Shown here: positions 42,112-51,531 of the stretch, piece by piece | Layout of the letters: each line of letters opens with the position of its first letter | Position numbering within the stretch: position 1 is the stretch's first letter | Origin: a bacterium | GTDB taxonomy: Bacteria; UBA8248 | Direction of reading: 5' to 3' | DNA length: 64,000 nt | Assembly (NCBI GenBank): GCA_965213625.1 | Contig: CBDBZU010000004.1 | Coordinates: 1,920,001 to 1,984,000 of the forward strand | Notes under the pieces: model-generated | Databases searched by the model: none | What the model was told of the DNA's origin: nothing | What the model saw: the letters and a program-made list of their open reading frames with translations, nothing else | Position numbers and translations under genes: made by a program

Positions 42112-42672
42112 ATGTGGTTCCGCTCCCTGCTCCTGACGGCTGTCTTCGTCGTTTCCTTGTCGGCGCTGGCCTGCGTAGTGGGGCTTGCGCGTGACACGAC
42201 GGGCCATGACTGGCATGCGAGCGGCAAGCTCTTTTGGGCGGAAACGCTGCTCGCACTCCACTTCGACCGCCGGGCGCCGGTCAGGTACCGGACGAGGAAG
42301 GGCGCGGAAGTAACACTCCCTCGCGGCGAACTCCTGTTCAATGGCGAGGCGCTGCTGGCGCGTGACCGTCTCCTCTACACGGCGAAGCGGTCCGCCGAGT
42401 TGGGCGCCTGGTGCGGCCTGGGCGGCGCGTTGATATGCCTCGCGCTGGTCTGGTGTTATGAGGCCGAACGCGGCGATCGGCGCACGCCGCAGGAGCCCCG
42501 CAGGAGGAGCCCGGGCTCAGCTTCACCGACGCCCGAGGCCATGGCGCCCGTCCCTACACCGACTGGACCGGATGCTCCCCGGCCCCGGAAACAACAGCCT
42601 GCCGGCGCGAACCGCAGGGAAGAAGCGCCTGCGCCCGCACCTCGTAAGCGCAACTACGGCCGCTGGATCTGA
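42112..42672 (+). CDS. Two-TM membrane protein resembling the N-terminus of a TraD/TrwB coupling protein, without an ATPase domain
   Basis: Two hydrophobic segments and a Pro-rich tail; TGATG coupling to the relaxase; no Walker A motif. Confidence 0.5.
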   Translation: MWFRSLLLTAVFVVSLSALACVVGLARDTTGHDWHASGKLFWAETLLALHFDRRAPVRYRTRKGAEVTLPRGELLFNGEALLARDRLLYTAKRSAELGAWCGLGGALICLALVWCYEAERGDRRTPQEPRRRSPGSASPTPEAMAPVPTPTGPDAPRPRKQQPAGANRREEAPAPAPRKRNYGRWI

Positions 42673-45614
42673 TGGTCGCCTCGATCGGAGCGGTGGCGAG
42701 CCCCTCGCAAGGTGCTAATTACTACGAGCGGGATGGCTACTACGCGAAGGACTCGGCAGAGCACCTTGCCTCAAGCGCCTGGGCCGGCAAGGGCGCCGAA
42801 GCCCTGGGGCTCGAGGGACCGGTCGACCCGGACTTGTTCCGGGCGGTGCTCGAGGGCTGTGTGCCCGACGGCTCAGGGCGGCGTCTCGGCCGAAGGACCC
42901 GGGAGGGAGGGATTCACCACCGGCCCGGGCGCGACATCACCTTCTCGGCACCCAAGTCCGTGTCCCTGGTCGCGCTCATCGGCGGGGACGCGCGCGTCGT
43001 CGACGCCCACGACCGCGCCGTCACGAGGGCGCTCGACTGGTTCGAGCGAAACGCCGCCGAGACGAGGATGAAGGACCCTGAGACGGGACGTATAGTCCGG
43101 GCCGGCGGCCAGAAGGCCGTGATCGCGACGTTCCGCCACGAGACGTCGAGAAACCTCGACCCGGCGCTGCATACCCACTCTGTCATCGCCAACATGCTGC
43201 TCGGCGCGGAGGGCAAGTGGAGGACGATGGCGAACGAGCGCCTCTACGCGTCGAAGATGCTGCTGGGCGCGCTCTACCGGAGCGAACTCGCGGGTGAGCT
43301 AATGAGACTCGGGTACCGGATCGAGAAGACCCACGCCGACGGGCGGTTCGAGATCGGGGGCGTCTCGCGCGAAACCATCGAGGCGTTCTCCTCGCGCCGC
43401 ACGGAGATCGAGGCGGCGATGGAAAGCCGGGGCCACGGCGCCACGGCGGAGAACCAGCACCTCGCCCGGCGGGCGGCCCTGATGACCCGCGCGCACAAGC
43501 GCGACGTGGACAAGGAGGCGCTGCGTGGGATCTGGGCCAAACAGGCATCGGAACTCGGTCTTGACGCGAAAGCGCTCGTCGCCTCGGCCACCGAACGGGC
43601 GTTGCACGTCCCTGGGAAAGAGAGGGCACGGGAAGCGGGCAGGGACTTTTCGCCCGGGGCGGACCCCTCGAAGGAGGCCGTCGAGTGGGCGCTCGCCCAC
43701 CTCTCGGAGCGCGATGCGGTGTTCGCGAGGACGGATCTACTCGCCGCAACGCTCGCCCACGGCCCAGGCTCCGCATCCATCGGGGCCATCGAGCGGGTCG
43801 TCGAGGGCCTCAAGCGCGAGGGCCGCCTGTACGATGCGCCGGCGCTCAAGGGAGGCGGCGGGCTGACCACCGATCTGGCCGTGGCCCGCGAGCGCGAGAC
43901 GATCACACTCATGCGAATGGGTGCTGGCCGGGGCAAGGCGGCGATGCGCGGCTGGATGGTGGAGCGGCACCTGCGCAAGGGGCCGCTCACGGACGGTCAG
44001 AAACAGGCGGTGAAACTCATCTTATCGGAGAAGGACCGGACTGTCGGCGTGCAGGGCTACGCCGGTGTTGGCAAGACGCGGATGCTCGATCGCGCGCGAA
44101 CGATTGCCGCGAAGAAGAGCTGGCGCGTCATGGGACTCGCCCCATCGGCGTCCGCGGTACGCACGCTGGAGGCGGAATCGGGGATTAAGAGCGAGACTTT
44201 GCAGCGGTTCCTGGCGAGGAACGCAGGATTGGCCCAAGGCCGCCTCACGAAAGGGGCCGCCAGAAAGATGCACGCCGCCTTCGCGAAGACAGTGCTGGTG
44301 GTCGATGAGGGCTCGCTGGCGTCCACCGCCCAGGCCCGCGACCTGCTTGAAATCGCGAGCGTCCTGCGCATACCGAAGCTGGTACTCGTCGGAGACGCTA
44401 AACAACTCGAAGCCGTAGACGCCGGTAAACCATTCGCCCAGTTCCAGGCCGCGGGTATGAAGACCGCGGTGATGGACGAAATACTGCGCCAGCGCGCCCC
44501 CGATCTCAAGGCTGCGGTCGAGGCCACTCTCGCGGGCGAGATCGGGCGCGCATTTCAAAAACTGGGAGACAACGTCGCAGAAGTAAACCCTAAAAACATC
44601 GCAGGCGCCGTGGCGGCAAGGTGGCTGAAACTCTCCCCCGACATGCGCGAGCGCACCGGGGTGATGTCGCCTGGCCATGAACTGCGCGAGGCGATCAACG
44701 CCCACATCCGTGAACGCCTGGTGCGCGAGGGCCGCATCGCGGGTCCGGCGCTCCTGACGAAGCGGCTGGTGTCTAAGGGCTACACGAACGCCGAGAAGGC
44801 GCTCGCGGCCAACTACGCGCCCGGCGACGTGGTCGCCTTCCACCGATCCTACAAGAGGCTCGGCGTCGAAAAGGGCGAGGAGCGGCGCGTTCTGGGCGTG
44901 GATCGCGAGCGTGGAACCGTCCGGCTCGAAGCCCCTGGCGGCTCGATTGTGGACTGGAAGCCGGCCCGGATCGGCGGAAGGCGGGGCGGGACCGAGGTCT
45001 ACCGCCCCGAAACCATCGAGCTTCGCGCCGGCGACCGGGTGCGCTGGACCCGGAACGACAAGGGTCTGGGACTCGTGAACAGCGCCACAGCGGAGGTTTT
45101 AGGGGTCCGCAACGGGCGGGTGACGTTCACCCTCGAGGAAGGCCGCAAGCTCGTCCTCACCCGGGGCGACCCGCAACTGCGCCATCTCGATCGCGCCTGG
45201 GCCTCGACCGTGCACGCCTTTCAGGGGCGCACGGTGGACAACGTCATCGCCGCGATGGAGGCGAACCACCCCCACCTGACCACGGCGAAAGCGTTTTACG
45301 TCGAGATATCGCGCGCCCGGGACAGGGCCGAACTCGTCACCGACGACGCGAAGGCGCTCAAGGAGCGGCTCGAAACCGTCACCGGCGAGCGCATCTCCGC
45401 ACTCGAAGGCATCGGGGAGACCGTCCAACCGGCACACGGACGTGAGCACGGGAAGGATGGGAAAGCGTCGCCGAGCCTCGTACAGCGGAGCGCGGAGGCA
45501 TCGACGCCACCTTCGCCGGAGAGAGAAATCAAGCCAAAACTCACACGCGACAGGATGCCGGAGCCCGGGCCGTCCGCGCGCGAGAAGCGCATCGATATGG
45601 ATTTGGGGCTCTGA
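42672..45614 (+). CDS. trwC: MOBF conjugative relaxase-helicase (TrwC/TraI type)
   Basis: 980 aa; YY..DGYY, DITFSAPKSVS, HETSRNLDPALHTH; helicase GYAGVGKT, VDEGS, TVHAFQGRT, FYVEISRAR. Confidence 0.95.
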   Translation: MVASIGAVASPSQGANYYERDGYYAKDSAEHLASSAWAGKGAEALGLEGPVDPDLFRAVLEGCVPDGSGRRLGRRTREGGIHHRPGRDITFSAPKSVSLVALIGGDARVVDAHDRAVTRALDWFERNAAETRMKDPETGRIVRAGGQKAVIATFRHETSRNLDPALHTHSVIANMLLGAEGKWRTMANERLYASKMLLGALYRSELAGELMRLGYRIEKTHADGRFEIGGVSRETIEAFSSRRTEIEAAMESRGHGATAENQHLARRAALMTRAHKRDVDKEALRGIWAKQASELGLDAKALVASATERALHVPGKERAREAGRDFSPGADPSKEAVEWALAHLSERDAVFARTDLLAATLAHGPGSASIGAIERVVEGLKREGRLYDAPALKGGGGLTTDLAVARERETITLMRMGAGRGKAAMRGWMVERHLRKGPLTDGQKQAVKLILSEKDRTVGVQGYAGVGKTRMLDRARTIAAKKSWRVMGLAPSASAVRTLEAESGIKSETLQRFLARNAGLAQGRLTKGAARKMHAAFAKTVLVVDEGSLASTAQARDLLEIASVLRIPKLVLVGDAKQLEAVDAGKPFAQFQAAGMKTAVMDEILRQRAPDLKAAVEATLAGEIGRAFQKLGDNVAEVNPKNIAGAVAARWLKLSPDMRERTGVMSPGHELREAINAHIRERLVREGRIAGPALLTKRLVSKGYTNAEKALAANYAPGDVVAFHRSYKRLGVEKGEERRVLGVDRERGTVRLEAPGGSIVDWKPARIGGRRGGTEVYRPETIELRAGDRVRWTRNDKGLGLVNSATAEVLGVRNGRVTFTLEEGRKLVLTRGDPQLRHLDRAWASTVHAFQGRTVDNVIAAMEANHPHLTTAKAFYVEISRARDRAELVTDDAKALKERLETVTGERISALEGIGETVQPAHGREHGKDGKASPSLVQRSAEASTPPSPEREIKPKLTRDRMPEPGPSAREKRIDMDLGL

Positions 45615-45689
45615 GCATGGACATGCTTTGCCGCTGACAGGAGTTCGTAAGCCGGAGCCGCGTAAAAGCCGCTATGGAGGTCGATAGGT

Positions 45690-47033
45690 TCACGAGCGCA
45701 GGCGCCACCGCAACCGTCCGGCCTGGAAGGGCCGGGGTTTCTTTTCCCAGCGCTCCAAGCCGGCCAACCAGTAGCAGGCGTAACTGATCTGGTCGTTCTC
45801 GTCGGTCGTCGGTTCTGCCTTAACGGCGCGTTCGTGGATTCGGGGCCAGTCAGCCACGTATTCCCGAACGAACCAGCCCAGCGCGAGAAGCGCCGCACGC
45901 TCATCCCCGGTCAAATCGCGGAACATGTCCTGAAGGTCCACGTAGGACGGCAATCTGTCATACTCCGCGAGATCTTCAGCCGACCGGAATACAAACCTGT
46001 CGTGCTGATCCTCGGCTTTGTCCGCCTCACGCGCATCGACATCACTCTGCCAAGCCGTATAGGCGTCGTTCAATTTCTCGACCTTCGATCGGGAAATCGC
46101 GGGAGCCGGGTCGCGTCTCGCATCAGTCTCCATGATCCACTTTACGGTCAGCTCTCGTTCTTCGCGCAATCCGTCTAGGTCGTCGTCGTCGGGGCGCGGC
46201 TCCCTTATCGTCAGCGGCCACAACGGATATGGCCAGTGCCGTGCGATGAAACGTGCGTCCGATTCTTCGATGGCGCCGCAATGCTGTGCGAGACGGTTCA
46301 GCGTTTCGGCGATCAGGTGGTGCAATTCCCCGCGATCTGTGTGCGGCTCGGGCGCAAAGTCTCTCCAGACATGAGCGATTTCGGCGAGGCCGTCGGCCGA
46401 AACAGCGCCCGCTCGGGACAAGGATTGGACAAGCATGACACAATCTGACGTCATATATTACGACTGGGAATCGTACGGATTGGCCGGAGCAATCCAGAAG
46501 CACGCGCCTGCGCCGTCGGTCACATCCTGGACATAATCGACATAGAGGTCGCGTTCACGTTTCTCCGAAACCGCGTTCGGGAAGATCGAGTCGATCTCGT
46601 TCGGTCCGTCGAGATACCAAGGGCGGCACTCGCGCTCGACCAAGTCCGAGACTTCACCGAACGATGCGATCCTCGGATATTCGCATGCCATGGCATGGAT
46701 TCGCTTCGCAACATGGCCGTAGAAGCGGTCCAACACCTGCGATCTTTGTCCTGATTTCCTCGAACATCGAACATAGTCGATGAGGATCTGTACCTTTGCG
46801 GCCTCCTCCTCGGCGAAGCCACGCATGACCTCCGAAGCGCGGAACTCCCCGTCCCGGTATAGTCGCTGGGCGATTTCATCGAGGCTCGTCGCATTGTCGA
46901 CGATAAGCGGCATGCCCTCCGACAACGTCTCCAGGAGATCGATGTCGGAAAGCTGCTCCAGATTGCGTATTGCCCGTCTCACTCGATGCCTCCCATCCGA
47001 TACGATTGCGACGCGTATATCTTCTTTTACCAT
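45690..47033 (-). pseudogene. AbiV-like protein with a DUF3775-like C-terminus, split by one in-frame TAA at 46458-46460
   Basis: FAEEEAAKVQILID...FYGHVAK in the N-terminal half; ORFs 46458-47045 and 45690-46454 are in the same frame. Confidence 0.55.
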
Positions 47034-47085
47034 GGCTTGAAGCAATCCCTGACGAAGGGATAGGAGCTTCCGGCGACGGAGTTAC

Positions 47086-47472
47086 TCACGCAGTGCCTTC
47101 GTCCATGGTCTCTGCCATTGTTCTTCGGGCCGCGGCGATGAGGTCCTCGAGCTCTTTCCCGCGCCCGGCGTCGATCAATCGTCCCCGATCCAGGGTCGCC
47201 ATCACGTATACCATGCGGTAGACGGACTCAATGAGGGCGGCATGACCGTGTGACAGGGTGGCCTTTGGAGGCTCGTCGAGCAGTTCCTCGACGACGGCCA
47301 TCGCGCCGTTGCGGACGAGTTCACCGGCCGGGATGCCGTGCAACTCGGCGGCCCGTTGAACCAGACTCCACTCCTTACCGGTGAAGCGAATCGAGTGCGG
47401 CGCTCGCGGATCGCCCGGTTTTTCCGTCGGCTTATTGCCCTTTCGGGGCTGATTCGGATCGTTTCGCGTCAT
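47086..47472 (-). CDS. RHH relaxosome accessory protein (TrwA/MobC-like)
   Basis: HSIRFTGKEWSLVQRAAELHGIPAGELVR; GAGGAA RBS; next to the oriT candidate. Confidence 0.6.
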   Translation of the reverse strand: MTRNDPNQPRKGNKPTEKPGDPRAPHSIRFTGKEWSLVQRAAELHGIPAGELVRNGAMAVVEELLDEPPKATLSHGHAALIESVYRMVYVMATLDRGRLIDAGRGKELEDLIAAARRTMAETMDEGTA

Positions 47473-47629
47473 CTTTTTCACTTCCTCAGGACAAGATCGG
47501 GTGGCGATACGGACCGCATCGATCGCATAACCGGGCTCTGACACGGTTCGTTTGAGGTGAAAACACGGGCGTATGCGGGGCCGTAGAGGCTTGATTGAAC
47601 GTCCCGCCTTCAGGGTCTTGCAGCCATTC

Positions 47630-47740
47630 GCGAGGAGTGCTCCGCATAGGTGGTGGCCCTTGCGCAGCGCGAAAAAGCCGGAATCGGGAGCATTCGAACG
47701 CATTGCGCATCGTAATACGTCGTATTACGATGCGCCACCA
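47630..47740. other. oriT candidate region
   Basis: Perfect 15-bp inverted repeat at 47705-47735 (GCGCATCGTAATACG-T-CGTATTACGATGCGC) and a nic-like CCGCATAGGTGGTGG, between the RHH gene and the leading region. Confidence 0.4.
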
Positions 47741-48177
47741 ATTACTACCAAACTGGTATCCATGCACGACATGCGCAGCCATGCGCCCTCGGGGATGAGA
47801 AAGATTGCGTATGCTATGAGCATACATGTTATCCGCCATGCGCCTGGCGCCCCGTGTCGTCCACAGGAGACGGGATAGCAACCAGGTCGTCGTATGCCGG
47901 AGCCTTGCAGCCCGCTGCGTTCCGGTGTGTAACCCGAAGCGCCGAAGGGCGTCAGATGGTCGAGTTCGTGAGAACAGACGATGGGGGAATCTTGCCGGCG
48001 ATAATGGCGAGCGGGAGCCGCCGCGGCGATTGAGCGTTAGGAGCAATGCGGGGAGATGTTCCTGCGGCAAGACCAGCGGAGTCTTCATCGTTGCCGGCGC
48101 AAGCGTTGCTCGACGAGACGCAACGGGCCGCGACGCCACCGGGCGGGGTGGCGACGCGACCGGTCAGGTGCTTCACA

Positions 48178-49098
48178 TCAGGCGGCCACGCGTTGCACGG
48201 GTATGCCGAGGGTTTTAGCCTTGTCGACGAGGTTGTCGGTGATGCCCGAGCCGGGGAACGCGATCACGCCCTTGGGCAGGAGTGCCAGGAGTTCGTCGTT
48301 GCGCCGGAATGGAGCGGCCCGTCCGTGGGCATCCCAATCCGGCTTGCAGACGACCTGGTGGACGCCGTTTCTCTCGGCCCATCCCGCCGCTATCTTCTCC
48401 GCACCGGGGCCGCCGCCGTGGACGAGAACGACGTCGGCGTACTTGGCCTTAACCTTGTCGAGGTGGCCGATGATTTTACCCGCATCGTTCGCCTCCTTGC
48501 CTCCCGCGACGGCGACGAGGGTTCCCTGGGGAAGATGAGCCGTGTTCTCGCGGTCCTTTCTGGCACGCTGGAAGTCGCGCGCCTCGATCACGGCGGAGGT
48601 CAGTTTGCCGGTCTGCGAGACGTGTGATCCTCGCCTCGGCCGCCATACCTCGCCGGTCTCGATGCGGTAGGCCTCTGCGGCCGTGTCGCGCAACCCTTCG
48701 AAGGCGTCGCGGCGTTCCGTGAGGTTGTTGGCCCGGTCGGTCTTGAGTTCGAGTTCGCGGGAGCGGATCTCGGAGCCGTCCTGCTCGCGCTGCAGTTCGC
48801 GGATGCCGGGGATGAGTTTTTCGGCGGCGCGGTCGAGCCTCTGGGTCTGGGCGTCGAGGGTGTTGACGAATCCCCACAGGAGGTTTCTTCGCTCATCGGC
48901 GAGTTGCGTGCCGTCGGGCGCTGCTTCCGCGAGTGCGCCGAAGGCCTTGATGACGGCGGCGGTGGCCTCGCCCTCGTCCCACACGGGGCGGTTGTCGAAC
49001 TCATCCGGCCCAGGTGTTGCGCCGAACAGGGCGGCCTGCTCGCAGACCATGGCGGTGAATGATTCATTCTGCGCTTCGTGTTCCGTGTGCTCGTTCAT
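48178..49098 (-). CDS. DUF2493 (SLOG-family) domain protein
   Basis: C-terminal VLVHGGGPGAEKIA...AAPFRRNDELL...AFPGSGITDNLVDKA; AAGGAG RBS. Confidence 0.8.
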   Translation of the reverse strand: MNEHTEHEAQNESFTAMVCEQAALFGATPGPDEFDNRPVWDEGEATAAVIKAFGALAEAAPDGTQLADERRNLLWGFVNTLDAQTQRLDRAAEKLIPGIRELQREQDGSEIRSRELELKTDRANNLTERRDAFEGLRDTAAEAYRIETGEVWRPRRGSHVSQTGKLTSAVIEARDFQRARKDRENTAHLPQGTLVAVAGGKEANDAGKIIGHLDKVKAKYADVVLVHGGGPGAEKIAAGWAERNGVHQVVCKPDWDAHGRAAPFRRNDELLALLPKGVIAFPGSGITDNLVDKAKTLGIPVQRVAA

Positions 49099-49152
49099 GT
49101 TCATCTCCTTGTGGTCGTGTATAGCGGTCATCGTTCGCTCCTTTGGTAGTCC

Positions 49153-49524
49153 TCAAGCGAGGGGATGGTTGAATTCGGGAAGAGCGTAGCCACGCTCGTT
49201 GCGCCCCACTTCCCTGGGCATCTCGTCGAGATACCTTGCTGCCCACTCGGCGGCGCGCGCGAGGACGTCGCCGTGGCACGGGAGGGGATGGCAGTGGCAG
49301 CCGAGCTCGCAGCCCTGGAGGTCGGCGAGTTCGTAGAGGTCCAGTTCCTCCTGTCGGATTTTTCTCCACAGCCATCGCCGGTATTTCTCGATGACGTCGT
49401 CGCGGTCGCCGTCGGTGCCGAGCCGGAAGGGGTTTCCCCACTTCGTCATGCGGTCGATCCTCACCAGCAAGCCACTGCCGTTTTCTGCGACATAGTCGTT
49501 CAGGTTCACCACGGTGGTTTCCAT
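49153..49524 (-). CDS. DUF4326 domain protein
   Basis: RIDRMTKWGNPF...LGCHCHPLPCHGDVL. Confidence 0.85.
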   Translation of the reverse strand: METTVVNLNDYVAENGSGLLVRIDRMTKWGNPFRLGTDGDRDDVIEKYRRWLWRKIRQEELDLYELADLQGCELGCHCHPLPCHGDVLARAAEWAARYLDEMPREVGRNERGYALPEFNHPLA

Positions 49525-49561
49525 GCCTTACTCCTTTCCAGAGAGTTAACGGATGCGCTTT

Positions 49562-49750
49562 TTAGCGCCTCATTTTCAGCACGTGCTAGGCGTGGGTGTC
49601 AGGGGCGGTTTTCAGTCTTTTTTTCACCCGGAGGGCGCGTAGCGGAAAAAATCCATGCTTCACCGATTTTTTCTGAAAAAAAGATGCTTTTGCGTTATTT
49701 GCAAAAGCACCCTTGACCCCGCGCCGTTCGTGCTAAAATGAGGACGCTAA
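49562..49750. promoter_or_regulatory. Long imperfect hairpin, Frpo/ssi-like
   Basis: TTAGCGCCTCATTTTCAGCACG...GGCGTGGG..TCAGGGG pairs with CCCTTGA.CCCGCGCC...CGTGCTAAAATGAGGACGCTAA; TTGACC and TAAAAT lie in one arm. Confidence 0.55.
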
Positions 49751-50081
49751 GAGAGAGACATCAGTACCGCCACCGGGACACAAGAGTTTTTGGGTGTTTC
49801 ACGATGAAGGCGAAGCTCATCGGGAAACATCCCTTCATGCTGCGGAAAGGGTCATTCCGGGCCGTTATTCGGCCCGGAATTCCCGCAGCGGGGGGTAGAC
49901 TGAGCCACTGTCTTGAATACGGGATGATTGCAGGCGCAAGTCGATCTTCCGTGAACACGGTTTACCGTTCACGGAATAGGAGATTCTTCAGGAGTTCCCG
50001 GTAGACGAGAGAAGCCTACAGGGCGGGAAAGGCGCGGGAGAGGGTGTTCGGGGCATAATGGGCCTCCTCGGGATCCGGAGC

Positions 50082-50119
50082 AAAAAAGAAGGGGGTCAGC
50101 GCGTGGCGCCGACCCCCCG
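50082..50119 (-). terminator. Intrinsic terminator after ssb
   Basis: GGGGGTCGGCGC-loop-GCGCTGACCCCC followed by TTCTTTTTT. Confidence 0.75.
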
Positions 50120-50125
50120 AGGTGA

Positions 50126-50566
50126 TCAGAATGGAATCTCCTGCCCGGCTACGCCCGCGCTCACCGCCACGTCGGCCGTCTCGGGGTGTGCGTCGTTACC
50201 GTTGCCATTGCCGTTCATCTTCTCCAAAAACTGCACCCGCCCGCCAGGAGCGATGAGGATCTCGGTCGAGAACCGGTCCGAGTCTTCCTCCTCCTTCTTC
50301 CAGCGGCGGGTCTGGAGCTTGCCCGCGACGTAGACCAGGCGTCCCTTCTTCGCGTGCTTCTCGAACATGTCCACCAGGCCGGGCTGGAAGGTGACGACCC
50401 GGTGCCACTCCGTCTTGTCGATGCGGTCACCGGATTGTCGGTCCACGTAGCCCTCATCGGTCGCAATGGATAGATTCGCGACACGCCCCCCGCTCGCGAG
50501 ATGGTTGATGGTGACGTCGGCGCCGAGACGCCCGATCAGTTCCGCACGGTTCAGTCCGAATGCCAT
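50126..50566 (-). CDS. ssb: Single-stranded DNA-binding protein
   Basis: LNRAELIGRLGAD, TEWHRVV, KGRLVYVAGKLQTRRW; C-terminal EIPF. Confidence 0.95.
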   Translation of the reverse strand: MAFGLNRAELIGRLGADVTINHLASGGRVANLSIATDEGYVDRQSGDRIDKTEWHRVVTFQPGLVDMFEKHAKKGRLVYVAGKLQTRRWKKEEEDSDRFSTEILIAPGGRVQFLEKMNGNGNGNDAHPETADVAVSAGVAGQEIPF

Positions 50567-50643
50567 TGTAGTACTCCTTCGTGGTGAGAGTGTGAAAAAG
50601 TGACGGGAGGTAGAGAGCCTTTCTCTCCACTCCTCCGGTTCGC

Positions 50644-50778
50644 CTACACGCTACAGAACTCCTCCGCCTCGCCTTGCGCCTCGTCGCGCAGCTTGCTGAT
50701 CGTGTACGCGTCGAGTCCGAGTTCTGCGAGCAACTCATCCGCGGTGGGAACGTCGACGTCGTAGTCGTTCTCGTACAT
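50644..50778 (-). CDS. 44-aa acidic small protein
   Basis: MYENDYDVDVPTADELLAELGLDAYTISKLRDEAQGEAEEFCSV; GAGGAGG RBS; too short for the ORF track. Confidence 0.55.
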   Translation of the reverse strand: MYENDYDVDVPTADELLAELGLDAYTISKLRDEAQGEAEEFCSV

Positions 50779-50980
50779 GGCCGTGCCTCCTCTCGGGTTG
50801 TCGCCGGCGGCGGGAGCTGGAGACCGTCTCCCTCTCCCCTGCCGGGCCTTTGCCCGGCTCCCCGCTTCCCTTTCACTCTCGAGAGGAGGTCCTCACCCGG
50901 CGGGAACCACTTGCGGAGGGCGCTTGCCATTGCCGCGGATTCGTGGCAGACAGCGCGCGGAGGTGAGGAAGGGAGGAGGT

Positions 50981-51430
50981 ATGGAACGACTCAAGCTCTG
51001 GTTGCCGGCGCTGCTGTGGCTGCCGGCGGGGATTATGGCGGAAGAGGTTTTGCGCGCGGGGTCCATGGAGGGTGTGAATACGCCGCTCGCCGTCCTGGAG
51101 TTGCTGCCCGCCGCTCCGTGCGGCATCCCGCTCGCGCTCGCCTGTAAGCGTCTCGCCCTCTCGGGCTATCCGGGTCCCGCCCTGTTGGCGTGGGTCTCGC
51201 TCGGCGCCGTCTCAGTCGCGGGCTTTTTCGGTCCGCTCCCTGTGGGCGTCCAGGCGATCCTGGTCTCTCTGCCGGTCTGGCTGGCGGCCTGGCGCATTGA
51301 GCGAAGGTCCCGCCGCCCGGGACTCGCCTTGCCTCGGGAATGGCGCGGGCGTTCGCCCGGCAGGTTCCTCCTCCGGGCGGTGAATGACCTGGAAGCCCCC
51401 CGCCGAAAACGCTTCCGGCAGACGCCCTGA
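50981..51430 (+). CDS. Hypothetical membrane protein
   Basis: GGAGGAGG RBS; several hydrophobic segments. Confidence 0.55.
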   Translation: MERLKLWLPALLWLPAGIMAEEVLRAGSMEGVNTPLAVLELLPAAPCGIPLALACKRLALSGYPGPALLAWVSLGAVSVAGFFGPLPVGVQAILVSLPVWLAAWRIERRSRRPGLALPREWRGRSPGRFLLRAVNDLEAPRRKRFRQTP

Positions 51431-51531
51431 GGTCGACGGGCCGGCGGCGCAGCAGGGCGGCGCCGAACCCTCCCCCCTCCGTCGTCGGCCCGACGGCGGT
51501 ACGTGCCCCGCCGCGATGGCTCAGGCGACGC

